Positions 1-13,563 of a DNA stretch of 64,000 nucleotides are shown here, in pieces (position 1 is the stretch's first letter; each line of letters opens with the position of its first letter). Below the pieces are notes generated by a model. The model was not told the DNA's origin. It did no database searches and saw only the letters and a program-made list of their open reading frames with translations. The DNA comes from Eukaryota sp. TZLM1-RC (Eukaryota > Protista > Metamonada: BaSk clade). The DNA lies in assembly GCA_040285825.1 (NCBI GenBank), contig JAUPSS010000014.1, positions 66,337-130,336 of the forward strand, given 5' to 3'. The position numbers were made by a program, and so were the translations under genes.

Positions 1-3000
1 GAAACTAGGAACTTCATATGACCTCAATGCGTATCAAAAACGATACTCTTACACTTACAGCAATTGTTTTATTAGTTTTACAACATTCAGTGTACTTTTT
101 GATTTTTACTACAATTTAATGTTTATAAAAATTAATGAACTCAATTAATTTAAATATATACAAAATCAATTGAAAATGTAATCATAAGTTTGGAACGACT
201 AAGCAACACATAGCTAACATTACTCACTCACAATCTCACAAACAGTTTGATCACAAATTGGTCACATCTGGTACATAAAAACTACATGCAACTCACCCAA
301 TCAAATAATGACTACTCAAATGACCATAGCAAGGACTTTAACACCACAATTGTTATATTAATTGTCCCAAAATGGACTTTAAGATTTGACCAATGATTGT
401 AATAAACAACCATTGGTCAATATACGAAACTAGAACTTCATATGAGCCTCAGTAAATCGTATCAAAAACGATACTCTTACACTTACAGCAATTGTTTTAT
501 TAGTTTACAACATTCAATTGTATACTTTTGATTTTTACTTTTTTACAATTTAATGTTTAAAAATTAATACACTCAATTAATTCAAATATATACAAAAATC
601 ATTTGAAAATGTAATCATGAGTTGTATTGATCAAACTAACACATAATCAAACATTACTCACACACAATTTCACACAAAGAGTTTGATCACAAGTTGATCA
701 CATCTAGTACATAAAGACTACATGCAACTCATCTAATCATACCAATGACCATTCAACCAATCATACCAATGACTAATCAAATGACCATAGCACGGACTTT
801 AACACCACAATTGTTATATTAATTGTCCCAAAATGGACTTTAAAGATTTGACCAATGATTGTAATAAACAACCATTGGTCAATATACGAAACTAGGAACT
901 TCATATGAGCCTCAGTAAATCGTATCAAAAACGATACTCTTACACTTGCAGCAATTGTTTTATTAGTTTACAACATTCAATTGTATACTTTTTGATTTTT
1001 TACTTTTTTTACAATTTAATGTTTAAAAATTAATACACTCAATTAATTCAAATATATACAAAATCATTTGAAAATGTAATCCTGAGTATGTATTGATCAA
1101 GTAACACATAGCTAACATTACTCACACACATTTTCACACAAAGTTTGATCACAAGTTGATCACATCTAGTACATAAAGACTACATGCAACTCATCTAATC
1201 ATACCAATGACCATTCAACCAATCATACCAATGACTAATCAAATGACCATAGCACGGACTTTAACACCACAGTTGTTATATTAATTGTCCCAAAATGGAC
1301 TTTAAAGATTTGACCAATGATTGTAATAATCAACCATTGGTCAATATATGAAACTAGGAACTTCATATGAGCCTCAGTAAATCGTATCAAAACGATACTC
1401 TACACTTACAGCAATTGTTTTATTAGTTTACAACATTCAATTGTATACTTTTGATTTTTTTACTTTTACAATTTAATGTTTAAAAAATTAATACACTCAA
1501 TTAATTCAAATATATACAAAATCATTTGAAAATGTAATCATGAGTTTGTACTGACCAAGTAACACATAGCCAACATTACCACACAATTTCACACAAAGTT
1601 TGATCACAAGTTGATCACATCTAGTACATAAAGACTACATGCAACTCATCTAATCATACCAATGACCATTCAACCAATCATACCAATGACTAATCAAATG
1701 ACCATAGCACGGACTTTAACACCACAATTGTTATATTAATTGTCCCAAAATGGACTTTTAAAGATTTGACCAATGATTGTAATAAACAACCATTGGTCAA
1801 TATACGAAACTAGGAACTTCATATGAGCCTCAGTAAATCGTATCAAAACGATACTCTTACACTTACAGCAATTGTTTTTATTAGTTTACAACATTCAATT
1901 GTATACTTTTTGATTTTTACTTTTTACAATTTAATGTTTAAAAATTAATACACTCAATTAATTCAAATATATACAAAAATCATTTGAAAATGTAATCCTG
2001 AGTTTGTACTGATCAAGTAACACATAGCCAACATTACTAACACACAATTTCACACAAAGTTTGATCACAAGTTGATCACATCTAGTACATAAAGACTACA
2101 TGCAACTCATCTAATCATACCAATGACCATTCAACCAATCATACCAATGACTAATCAAATGACCATAGCACGGACTTTAACACCACAGTTGTTATATTAA
2201 TTGTCCCAAAATGGACTTTAAAGATTTGACCAATGATTGTAATAATCAACCATTGGTCAATATACGAAACTAGGAACTTCATATGAGCCTCAGTAAATCG
2301 TATCAAAAACGATACTCTTACACTTACAGCAATTGTTTTATTAGTTTACAACATTCAATTGTATACTTTTTGATTTTTTACTTTTTTTACAATTTAATGT
2401 TTAAAAATTAATACACTCAATTAGTTCAAATATATACAAAATCATTTGAAAATGTAATCCTGAGTATGTACTGATCAAGTAACACATAGCCAACATTACG
2501 CACACACAATTTCACACAAAGTTTGATCACAAGTTGATCACATCTAGTACATAAAGACTACATGCAACTCATCTAATCATACCAATGACCATTCAACCAA
2601 TCATACCAATGACTAATCAAATGACCATAGCACGGACTTTAACACCACAGTTGTTATATTAATTGTCCCAAAATGGACTTTAAAGATTTGACCAATGATT
2701 GTAATAAACAACCATTGGTCAATATACGAAACTAGGAACTTCATATGAGCCTCAGTAAATCGTATCAAAAACGATACTCTTACACTTACAGCAATTGTTT
2801 TATTAGTTTACAACATTCAATTGTATACTTTTGATTTTTACTTTTTACAATTTAATGTTTAAAAATTAATACACTCAATTAATTCAAATATATACAAAAT
2901 CATTTGAAAATGTAATCCTGAGTTTGTACTGATCAAGTAACACATAGCCAACATTACTAACACACAATTTCACACAAAGTTTGATCACAAGTTGATCACA

Positions 3001-6000
3001 TCTAGTACATAAAGACTACATGCAACTCATCTAATCATACCAATGACCATTCAACCAATCATACCAATGACTAATCAAATGACCATAGCACGGACTTTAA
3101 CACCACAATTGTTATATTAATTGTCCCAAAATGGACTTTAAAGATTTGACCAATGATTGTAATAAACAACCATTGGTCAATATACGAAACTAGGAACTTC
3201 ATATGAGCCTCAGTAAATCGTATCAAAACGATACTCTTACACTTACAGCAATTGTTTTTATTAGTTTACAACATTCAATTGTATACTTTTGATTTTTTTA
3301 CTTTTTTTACAATTTAATGTTTAAAAATTAATACACTCAATTAGTTCAAATATATACAAAAATCATTTGAAAATGTAATCCTGAGTTTGTACTGATCAAG
3401 TAACACATAGCCAACATTACTAACACACAATTTCACACAAAGTTTGATCACAAGTTGATCACATCTAGTACATAAAGACTACATGCAACTCATCTAATCA
3501 TACCAATGACCATTCAACCAATCATACCAATGACTAATCAAATGACCATAGCACGGACTTTAACACCACAATTGTTATATTAATTGTCCCAAAATGGACT
3601 TTAAAGATTTGACCAATGATTGTAATAAACAACCATTGGTCAATATACGAAACTAGGAACTTCATATGAGCCTCAGTAAATCGTATCAAAAACGATACTC
3701 TTACACTTACAGCAATTGTTTTATTAGTTTACAACATTCAATTGTATACTTTTGATTTTTACTTTTTACAATTTAATGTTTAAAAATTAATACACTCAAT
3801 TAATTCAAATATATACAAAATCATTTGAAAATGTAATCCTGAGTTTGTACTGATCAAGTAACACATAGCCAACATTACTAACACACAATTTCACACAAAG
3901 TTTGATCACAAGTTGATCACATCTAGTACATAAAGACTACATGCAACTCATCTAATCATACCAATGACCATTCAACCAATCATACCAATGACTAATCAAA
4001 TGACCATAGCACGGACTTTAACACCACAGTTGTTATATTAATTGTCCCAAAATGGACTTTAAAGATTTGACCAATGATTGTAATAAACAACCATTGGTCA
4101 ATATACGAAACTAGGAACTTCATATGAGCCTCAGTAAATCGTATCAAAAACGATACTCTTACACTTACAGCAATTGTTTTATTAGTTTACAACATTCAAT
4201 TGTATACTTTTTGATTTTTACTTTTTTACAATTTAATGTTTAAAAATTAATACACTCAATTAATTCAAATATATACAAAATCATTTGAAAATGTAATCCT
4301 GAGTTTGTACTGATCAAGTAACACATAGCCAACATTACTAACACACAATTTCACACAAAGTTTGATCACAAGTTGATCACATCTAGTACATAAAGACTAC
4401 ATGCAACTCATCTAATCATACCAATGACCATTCAACCAATCATACCAATGACTAATCAAATGACCATAGCACGGACTTTAACACCACAATTGTTATATTA
4501 ATTGTCCCAAATGGACTTTAAAGATTTGACCAATGATTGTAATAAACAACCATTGGTCAATATACGAAACTAGGAACTTCATATGAGCCTCAGTAAATCG
4601 TATCAAAACGATACTCTTACACTTACAGCAATTGTTTTATTAGTTTACAACATTCAATTGTATACTTTTGATTTTTACTTTTTACAATTTAATGTTTAAA
4701 AATTAATACACTCAATTAATTCAAATATATACAAAATCATTTGAAAATGTAATCATGAGTTTGTACTGATCAAGTAACACATAGCCAACATTACTAACAC
4801 ACAATTTCACACAAAGTTTGATCACAAGTTGATCACATCTAGTACATAAAGACTACATGCAACTCATCTAATCATACCAATGACCATTCAACCAATCATA
4901 CCAATGACTAATCAAATGACCATAGCACGGACTTTAACACCACAATTGTTATATTAATTGTCCCAAAATGGACTTTTAAAGATTTGACCAATGATTGTAA
5001 TAAACAACCATTGGTCAATATACGAAATTAGGAACTTCATATGAGCCTCAGTAAATCGTATCAAAAACGATACTCTTACACTTACAGCAATTGTTTTATT
5101 AGTTTACAACATTCAATTGTATACTTTTGATTTTTACTTTTTACAATTTAATGTTTAAAAATTAATACACTCAATTAATTCAAATATATACAAAATCATT
5201 TGAAAATGTAATCATGAGTTTGTACTGATCAAGTAACACATAGCCAACATTACTCACACACAATTTCACACAAAGTTTGATCACAAGTTGATCACATCTA
5301 GTACATAAAGACTACATGCAACTCATCTAATCATACCAATGACCATTCAACCAATCATACCAATGACTACTCAAATGACCATAGCACGGACTGTAACACC
5401 ACAATTGTTATAATAATTGTCCCAAAATGGACTTTAAAGATTTGACCAACGATTGTAATAAACAACCATTGGTCAATATACGAAACTAGGAACTTCATAT
5501 GAGCCTCAGTAAATCGTATCAAAAACGATACGCTTACACTTACAGCAATTGTTTTATTAATTTTCAACATTCAATTGTATACTTTTTGATTTTTTACTAT
5601 TTTTACAATTTAATGTTTAAAAATTAATAAACTCAATTAATTCAAATATATACAAAATCAATTGAAAATGTAATCATGAGTTTGTACTGATCAAGTAACA
5701 CATAGCCAACATTACTAACACACAATTTCACACAAAGTTTGATCACAAGTTGATCACATCTAGTACATAAAGACTACATGCAACTCATCTAATCATACCA
5801 ATGACCATTCAACCAATCATACCAATGACTACTCAAGTGATCATAGCACGGACTTTAACACCACAATTGTTATATTAATTGTCCCAAAATGGACTTTAAA
5901 GATTTGACCAATGATTGTAATAAACAACCATTGGTCAATATACGAAACTAGGAACTTCATATGAGCCTCAGTAAATCGTATCAAAAACGATACTCTTACA

Positions 6001-6909
6001 CTTACAGCAATTGTTTTATTAGTTTACAACATTCAATTGTATACTTTTTGATTTTTTACTTTTTTTACAATTTAATGTTTAAAAATTAATACACTCAATT
6101 AATTCAAATATATACAAAATCATTTGAAAATGTAATCCTGAGTATGTACTGATCAAGTAACACATAGCCAACATTACTCATTACTCACACACATTTTCAC
6201 ACAAAGTTTGATCACAAGTTGATCACATCTAGTACATAAAGACTACATGCAACTCATCTAATCATACCAATGACCATTCAACCAATCATACCAATGACTA
6301 ATCAAATGACCATAGCACGGACTTTAACACCACAATTGTTATATTAATTGTCCCAAAATGGACTTTAAAGATTTGACCAATGATTGTAATAAACAACCAT
6401 TGGTCAATATACGAAACTAGGAACTTCATATGAGCCTCAGTAAATCGTATCAAAAACGATACTCTTACACTTACAGCAATTGTTTTATTAGTTTACAACA
6501 TTCAATTGTATACTTTTTGATTTTTTACTTTTTTTACAATTTAATGTTTAAAAATTAATACACTCAATTAATTCAAATATATACAAAATCATTTGAAAAT
6601 GTAATCATGAGTTTGTACTGATCAAGTAACACATAGCCAACATTACTAACACACAATTTCACACAAAGTTTGATCACAAGTTGATCACATCTAGTACATA
6701 AAGACTACATGCAACTCATCTAATCATACCAATGACCATTCAACCAATCATACCAATGACTAATCAAATGACCATAGCAAGGACTTTAACACCACAATTG
6801 TTATATTAATTGTCCCAAAATGGACTTTAAAGATTTGACCAATGATTGTAATAAACAACCATTGGTCAATATACGAAACTAGGAACTTCATATGAGACTC
6901 AGTAAATTG
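1..6909. repeat. Tandem satellite, ~15 copies of a ~460-bp unit
   Basis: Marker GAAACTAGGAACTTCATATGA recurs at ~1, 426, 888, 1350, 1806, 2266, 2728, 3186, 3649, 4108, 4566, 5024, 5482, 5944, 6413 and 6875. Units are nearly identical apart from homopolymer lengths; the first unit is more diverged. Confidence 0.97.
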
Positions 6910-7079
6910 TACAAAACAAAAATATTGTTTGACCAATTTGGATGGAATGAGGTAGCAGATGAAATTAGTTGTATCATTTTGAAGAATAGCTTTAAATGCC
7001 ACAGTGCTTTTAATTATATACTTCAAAAGAAAAGAGAAGATTGTCAATGTTGGTAGGTAGTTGTTTTTAGTATTCAAGT

Positions 7080-7900
7080 AGTTTCTTCTTAATTTTCAAT
7101 AAAAGTAAATCGTACCACTACAAAATCAATTTTTGTTGATTTAATTTATTTGCCACATTCTATGGGTGGATTAGGGTTTTTTCATTTGAGTCATGTTGCT
7201 ATTTAGTTTCTTCAATTTCTGTATACTTTTCTGTACTTGATCTTGATTTATCCAATTTAATTCGAAGTGATCAGTTTAAAGTTTTGCTATCAGCTTTATC
7301 ACCATCTTTTGCTGGTTTTGACTCAATCTGGGACAAACGAATTAAAATTTTTCAGCGAAAAATCTCTCCTTTATTTTATAAAAAAGAATTCAATCTTGTC
7401 AAGAAATAATTATCAGAATGTGAAGGACTACAATTTATTTCAAATTGTGACAGTCAATCATCTTGCTTTTTTTTGAGAATTTTACCTATTTCTCAAAATT
7501 TCACGTTCTCAGATAGTTGCTTCAAATACCTAATAAATTTGAGATTGCTTTAAGGATAACAATTTGTGAAATGTCCATTGTTTGGTTATGGAAACTTAGA
7601 CTTAGATCACTCGTTTCAATGTAGAAAAGTCTCAAAGATGGTTACACAAAGACATGACGAAGTAAATAATTTTATTTACGAATTAAATAATTATGAATCT
7701 GAAAAGGAATTTAAATTTGGTTTACATAAGTACTTACGTGTTGATAGCTTTCAACAATCTACAAAAAGTGCTTTTGAAGTTACCATAGTTGCAAGTTATA
7801 GCAATAATTGGAATGGTGTTTCCCAATATTTATTCAGATAAAATCTCAAAATAATCAATTTTAAAAGATTTAAATTTAATTAACCAAATTGTACATTTGG
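7080..7900 (+). mobile_element. Decayed RLE-type non-LTR retrotransposon 3' fragment (family distinct from the CRE-like copies)
   Basis: ORF 7566-7841 has a degenerate Zn-knuckle (C..LDHSFQC), then RHD, E, R-x-D and EVTI motifs of a restriction-like endonuclease. An upstream GGLG motif lies at ~7165. Confidence 0.6.
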
Positions 7901-8576
7901 TTTGGGTGTTCTTGTGGGCGGGGTTCACACTAAAACTATAGTAATTTTTTAAATGGAATGAGGTAGCAGATGATATTAGTTCCATCATTTTGAAGAATAG
8001 TTTCAAGTGTCACAGTGCTTTTAACCATGCTTTTCAAAGGAAAGAGAAGAACGTTAGTGATGGTATGCAGTGTTATTTTAGTTTTCGAATAGATACTCCC
8101 AATTAAAGCACAAATGACACATATTAATACAAATTATTCTATTTGGTTGAGAATTTGATGGTTAACCCAATCCATCAAATATCCTTTCTTTGCCACTTCG
8201 AAGGCAAACCATTTACTCAAGCTTCTGAGTTCAAATTTTTCCAAAGTGAATAAATGGTCAATTTGTTCCTTCTTAGTATGAATGTTACTCATAGAATTGA
8301 TCAAGTTATTTGAACAATACTCAAGTATAGTAAATTATCGATACTACTCCAGTAAATGAATTAATCAATACTACTCAAGTAGATTAATTTGGCATCTTGA
8401 TATATTTTTTCTGAAATTATCATCAGTATGAGCTTAAGTTGATTTGGATTTTTTTAAGTCATGATGTGTGATTTCGAATCCCAGGTTTAAGAACCTAAAA
8501 TAAAATAACAATAACACAATAAAACATAACAAAAACAATTTACTAAAAAATACAGTTTATACACCTACAGGTAAAT

Positions 8577-9440
8577 TCAATCTTGAGAAATTGAACTCTC
8601 AACCCTAGAACATGTTTCCTCCAGTAACTTTAACAAAGTCTCTTCAGTAGATTCCCTTTCTTGTCTTTCTTGTTGAATTTCTACAGAAATTTTTTCACAC
8701 ATCTCATCCAACATTCTCATTAAAGAATTTTCGGAATCTTGGCGAACTTTCGTTTCTGTGAGTAATGTTTCTCTAAGTTTGGAAACTTCTTCATCAAGTC
8801 GTTCCACAATTTCATGAACATGTTCTTCACGGGTTCTACGTTCTGTTTCAATGGCAGAAGAAAGCTTTGATATCTGTTCAGACATTTCCCTGGAGGATTG
8901 TTCCTCGTTTTCCTCACGTTGTTTCTTTTCCTTAGCGAGTTCGATACGTACAGCAAATATTTTTTCGTCCATTTGTTTGACAATGCGAGCTTCAGCATCT
9001 TTGCGGGCTTGCTTTTCCACATTGAGATCAAGAGTGAGAGAAGATTCGATAAGTTTAAGTTCCTTGGTCTTGCGTTCGTCCAAGATCTCACGTGCCATCC
9101 GTTCAGTGGCGAGTTGTTCCTGGATCTTGGAAACCTGCTCCTTAATAAGCTTCCACTTTGTTTCTTCTGCAACAACTTGCCTTTGAACTTTTTCGTCAAG
9201 AAGTCGCAACTTCATTTCGATGGCGTCCCGTCGTGCCTGAGAGTTAGACAGTGGGAATCAGTCAAACATTTTTCTCTTCTTCAAGGTTAGTTTGAAGGCC
9301 GGCCATTTTATCTGAAAGCTGGGGTCAAAATCAAATGTAGAACCAACCTGTTTGATGCGAAGTTTTGTGGGACTGGAACTTGAGGAGCGATGATGGGGAG
9401 AGGATGTCACAGAGTGATACGGGGTAGAGAAGTCAGCCAT
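8577..9440 (-). CDS. SF-assemblin/beta-giardin family striated-fibre protein, 3 exons
   Basis: Spliced reading MADFSTP..SPTKLRIKQ|LSDKMAGLQTNLEEEKN|ARRDAIEMKLRLL.. uses GT-AG introns 9319-9347 and 9237-9267. Ser/Pro-rich head, then a long coiled coil ending ERQERESTEETLLKLLEETC. Confidence 0.85.
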
Positions 9441-9532
9441 TGTCACAAAACAATGAAAATGGCCAAGTAGGGGTTCTTGCAAGCAAAAAATATAAGTAGC
9501 TTTTTACCTGTCAAATCACCCTACATCAACCA

Positions 9533-10660
9533 ATGGGACACTTTTCATCTAAGTTCTATGTAGGCGCAATCCTCATGATGATTTTCGGTACAGGAACTAT
9601 GATCTCTGCAAAACTTATGCTGGATTCTAAGTCTATTGGCATAGATGGACGTCTTAAAAACTTTGACAAGCCTTGGTTTCAATCCATGGCCATGTTTGTT
9701 TCAATGTCTTTTTGCATGCTTTTTTTCTTCGAAGGACAGCGTAGAGATCGTGTTCGACAGTCCAACACTCTTCTCACTGATAGTATCAACTCTGAACCAC
9801 TTATCTCAGACAAACCTAGGAAAGTTCCTGACAGTCGTAGTTATTACCTCATTGCCATCCCTGCCCTTTTTGATTTACTTGCAACTACTATTATGACAAT
9901 GTCTCTCATCCTCTTACCTGTCTCCACTATGCAGTTATTGAGAGGATCCATGGTCGTATTCTCTGCCATTCTAAATGTAACTTTGCTCAAACGAAAGCTT
10001 CTTCCATACCGTTGGTTCGGTGTCCTTTTGGTCTCTATTGGAATTACTTGCATTGGATTTTCTTCTGTTCTTTCCTCACAAGATGAGGGTGGCTCTGTTG
10101 AAAAACAGGTTTTGGGCATTATTCTCTGTGTTGCTTCCCAGTTCATTCAAGCCCTTCAAATAGTTACCGAAGATCTCCTTTTATCCAAAGTTTCTTGTGT
10201 TACTACCCAAGTGGTTGGAATGGAAGGAGTTTGGGGTTCTATTTTTTGTTTTGGCTTGTTTCTGCCGCTTGCACAGCTGTTTAAATCTTATGGATTTGGG
10301 GAAGATTCCATTGATACTATCATTATGCTTCAAAACAGTAGATCTTTATTTTTCATGGCCATTGCTTATTGTATTTCTATTTTGTTATTGAACTATGCTG
10401 GGATGACTGTCACCTCTGAAAGTACCAGTGTTGTTCGGACGATATTAGAAGCGATAAGAACTGTGTTTATTTGGTTAGTTGGGTTATTTATTTACTACTT
10501 TATTACACCTCAATTTGGTGAGCGTTGGACAAGATGGTCATTTTTACAACTCTTTGGGTTTTTCGTCTTGTCTTATTCCATGTTTATTTATGAAGGTATT
10601 ATTAGGGTACCTGGATTTAGGTATGAAGGTGATTATCCTGAAATTATTGATCAAAAATAG
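9533..10660 (+). CDS. SLC35F6-like / DMT-superfamily nucleotide-sugar transporter
   Basis: 375 aa with ~10 TM segments. Motifs FDKPWFQSMAMF, PALFDL, QLLRGSMVVFSA, VVGMEGVWG and RTILEAIRTVFIW. Confidence 0.85.
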   Translation: MGHFSSKFYVGAILMMIFGTGTMISAKLMLDSKSIGIDGRLKNFDKPWFQSMAMFVSMSFCMLFFFEGQRRDRVRQSNTLLTDSINSEPLISDKPRKVPDSRSYYLIAIPALFDLLATTIMTMSLILLPVSTMQLLRGSMVVFSAILNVTLLKRKLLPYRWFGVLLVSIGITCIGFSSVLSSQDEGGSVEKQVLGIILCVASQFIQALQIVTEDLLLSKVSCVTTQVVGMEGVWGSIFCFGLFLPLAQLFKSYGFGEDSIDTIIMLQNSRSLFFMAIAYCISILLLNYAGMTVTSESTSVVRTILEAIRTVFIWLVGLFIYYFITPQFGERWTRWSFLQLFGFFVLSYSMFIYEGIIRVPGFRYEGDYPEIIDQK

Positions 10661-10711
10661 TCTTTTTTTAGTTTATTTTAAGAATTTAGTTAAATTTATT
10701 TTTACAATTAT

Positions 10712-11755
10712 TTATGACTTTTCTACAGCCAACTTCACAGCTTCAAAACCCTTAATTAATTTTTCAACAGTAGAAACATCAACATTTAACGAGAGGGAAG
10801 AATACAATTGAGCCTCGCTTACATCATTTCTTGACAATAATTCATAAAGAGAATCACGATGTTCAGCATAAAAGTTAAGTAAAACCAAGTCGCAGGGATT
10901 ATCTAATTTGCTTTGGATCAAATCTCTTGAAGAATCGATTTGACTTTTGAAATCAAACACGTCATTTGATTGTTGTTCGAGTTTACCCATCAACTCAGAG
11001 GAATCACTTTCCACAGAAGTTATTAACTGGGATTCCTTCTTATCAATCAAATTTCGTAAATCATCAAATTTTGATCTAATCAAGCTAACTGATTCTTCAG
11101 TTTTCTGATCCAATTGCTTTTTAACTTTTGAGATTCCATTTGAAATTTCCTCCAATGCAACAACTTTTCTTCTCATTTCTTCAACCAAAGTATCGACTTT
11201 CTTACTAATCAAAGGCCTTGATTTTGATAGTTTCTGAACATTATGACCCTTATGATCACCATGAATAGCACACTCTGCACAAAAAGCCTCCACTTCGCAG
11301 TCAAGGCAAAAGTAAGAAACAACTTCATCCTCATGGACAGGGCAAGCAAGGGGGCGGCGGTCAAATGTTGAGAGGTCAACGCGTAAATGTCTGCTCATTA
11401 AAGGGTTAGATGAGGGGTGAATTGAAGCATCACAGGAAGAACACAATGATCCATCGCAACGTTGACAAAATACAACTGCTTGTTCACGAGAGCAACTGTC
11501 GCATGGATGGTGGGATTGGTTATGACCGGACGAATATAGAGACTTGCGGGGAGAACCCAACTTGGAGGTACTGCTAGACGAAGGTGTAAAGGAGGGTGTT
11601 GGCTTTTGAGAGGAAGGTTTACTGTCAGCCACTGAAGAACCTTCCTTGAGGAAGTCATCAATATTCATTGTTGATGACAACGTCCCTTCCATGGCAAGAT
11701 CAGCTTCCAGTCTCCGTTCTAGAGCCAGAAAGTCATCTATTGATGGGGAGTACAT
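10712..11755 (-). CDS. Tandem B-box zinc-finger plus coiled-coil protein (RING-less TRIM-like)
   Basis: B-box1 CDSC..FCQRCDGSLCSSCDASIH..H and B-box2 CPVH..FCLDC..CAECAIHGDHKGH, followed by a BBC-like coiled coil. Confidence 0.85.
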   Translation of the reverse strand: MYSPSIDDFLALERRLEADLAMEGTLSSTMNIDDFLKEGSSVADSKPSSQKPTPSFTPSSSSTSKLGSPRKSLYSSGHNQSHHPCDSCSREQAVVFCQRCDGSLCSSCDASIHPSSNPLMSRHLRVDLSTFDRRPLACPVHEDEVVSYFCLDCEVEAFCAECAIHGDHKGHNVQKLSKSRPLISKKVDTLVEEMRRKVVALEEISNGISKVKKQLDQKTEESVSLIRSKFDDLRNLIDKKESQLITSVESDSSELMGKLEQQSNDVFDFKSQIDSSRDLIQSKLDNPCDLVLLNFYAEHRDSLYELLSRNDVSEAQLYSSLSLNVDVSTVEKLIKGFEAVKLAVEKS

Positions 11756-11924
11756 TGAATGGATTTAATTAAATTGTACTGAAAACAAGAATCACACATC
11801 CTCAATGTCACTTGACAATGTCAGCTCCAAATCACCCATACATTTCTTTAGATTTCTGCTTATTACTGCTTAAAAGACATCCAACACATTCTGTACATGT
11901 TTATTCTGATTCCGTTTATTGATC

Positions 11925-13066
11925 ATGACTGGCCAAGCTTACGACCGTTTATACAACTTTAGTGGTTTGTAGATGTTTTTAGTCTAACTCTAGCTGGACC
12001 TTCAATGCTTCCTCTTGAAGTTCTTGAAGAAGCTCATCGCAACTTTCTTAACCATGAAGGTACTGGAATGAGCGTTATGGAAATGTCACATCGCTCAAAG
12101 TCCTACATGAAGATCATCGATGAAGCACGTGAAAACATGCGTGAGTTGCTCAATGTCCCTGACAACTATGAGATTCTTTTCCTTCAAGGTGGTGCCTCTC
12201 AAATGTTTGCAACTATCCCACTCAATCTCCTCGGAGAAAAAAAGAAGGCTGTGTATGCCTTAACTGGAGAATGGTCAAAGAAGGCTATTGCAGAAGCCAA
12301 GCGTTATTGTGACGTTGAAGTTGTTCTTGATACCACCGCTGATAAGTTTACCCATGTACCTCCTCAGTCCGAGCTCAATGTTGACCCAGAAGCAGCTTAT
12401 TTTCACTTTTGTTCAAATGAAACTATTCACGGTGTTGCCTTTGACTATGTTCCTGAGGTCCCCGCAAATGTTCCAATTGTTTGTGATATGAGTTCTAACA
12501 TTCTTCAAGGACCAATTGATGTCAGTAAATATGGTATTATTTATGGAGGAGCCCAAAAGAACTGCTCTATGGCTGGTCTTACCTTTGCTATTGTTCGAAA
12601 GGATCTTATTGGCAATGCTCATCCACTCTGTCCTGATATGATGAACCTTGCGACCCAAGCAAAAGCTGCTTCAATGAAGAACACCCCTCCCACTTATGCT
12701 ATTTATCTCGCCGGTTTAGTATTTAAATGGCTTAAGAAGATTGGTGGACTTGAAGCAATGTATGAGCGAAACAAGATGAAGGCTGACATGATTTACAATG
12801 TTATTGATGGTTCAGACTTTTTCCACGCCCCTGTTCAAAAATCATTCCGCTCGCTCATGAACATTCCTTTCCGTGTTGGACCTAATGGAGGTGATGCCGA
12901 TCTTGAGAAGAAGTTTATTGCTGAAGCTCAGGAAGTTGGTCTTGTTGCTTTAGCAGGTCATCGCAGTATTGGTGGATGCAGAGCTTCTATTTATAATGGA
13001 ATGCCCGTGGAAGGCTGTCAAGCGCTTGCTGATTTTATGAAGCGTTTTGAACAGGAAAACAAGTAA
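11925..13066 (+). CDS. PSAT1: Phosphoserine aminotransferase, copy 1 (29-nt intron 11965-11993)
   Basis: Spliced start MTGQAYDRLYNFS|AGPSMLP, plus SVMEMSHRS, PLP-lysine motif GAQKN, NTPPT and GHRSIGGCRASIYN. Confidence 0.97.
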
Positions 13067-13563
13067 GCTTGTTGTGTATTTTTCTTGTGAATAAATAATT
13101 GTTTTTGTAGGTATTTGATGATTTTATTGTTGTACATCATATTTGATTCAATTTAAAGGAAGAGTTGGAGTTTGATCAAACAATAGTTTATTCTTGTTAT
13201 CAACAGTCACTATAATTAACAAAACAAAATACAAAACCAAAACAATGAAACGATGAACAGTACAGGTCAGGTTTAAAAAATATATTAGTTTATCAGATTT
13301 CGTTTCACACCTATAAGGGCTATAGTTAGTCTCATGTGCTACAGTAGTAAACAGATAACAGTATAAGTTCACCATTCAAGAGCGAAAAAGAGCCAAAAGT
13401 ATACAAAGTAATATTCATCTTATCCAAGTCAAAAGTTTTTATGTTTACTATCTCTTTGAAGTGCAGTGGTGGTCATCATTGAATCAATGATGATGTACAA
13501 CAATAAAATCATCAAATACCTACAAAAACAATTATTTATTCACAAGAAAAATACACAACAAGC

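Noticed and set aside
1-6909. CRISPR array, or protein genes (ORFs 5367-5570, 6760-7077) in the tandem repeat
   Set aside because: Whole units repeat with no unique spacers. The ORFs are chance frames broken by stops in other units.
6934-8090. Diverged ~150-bp duplicate (ATGGAATGAGGTAGCAGATGA at ~6934 and ~7952) as an LTR pair
   Set aside because: No TG..CA ends, PPT or TSD were found; probably fragments of a decayed repeat.
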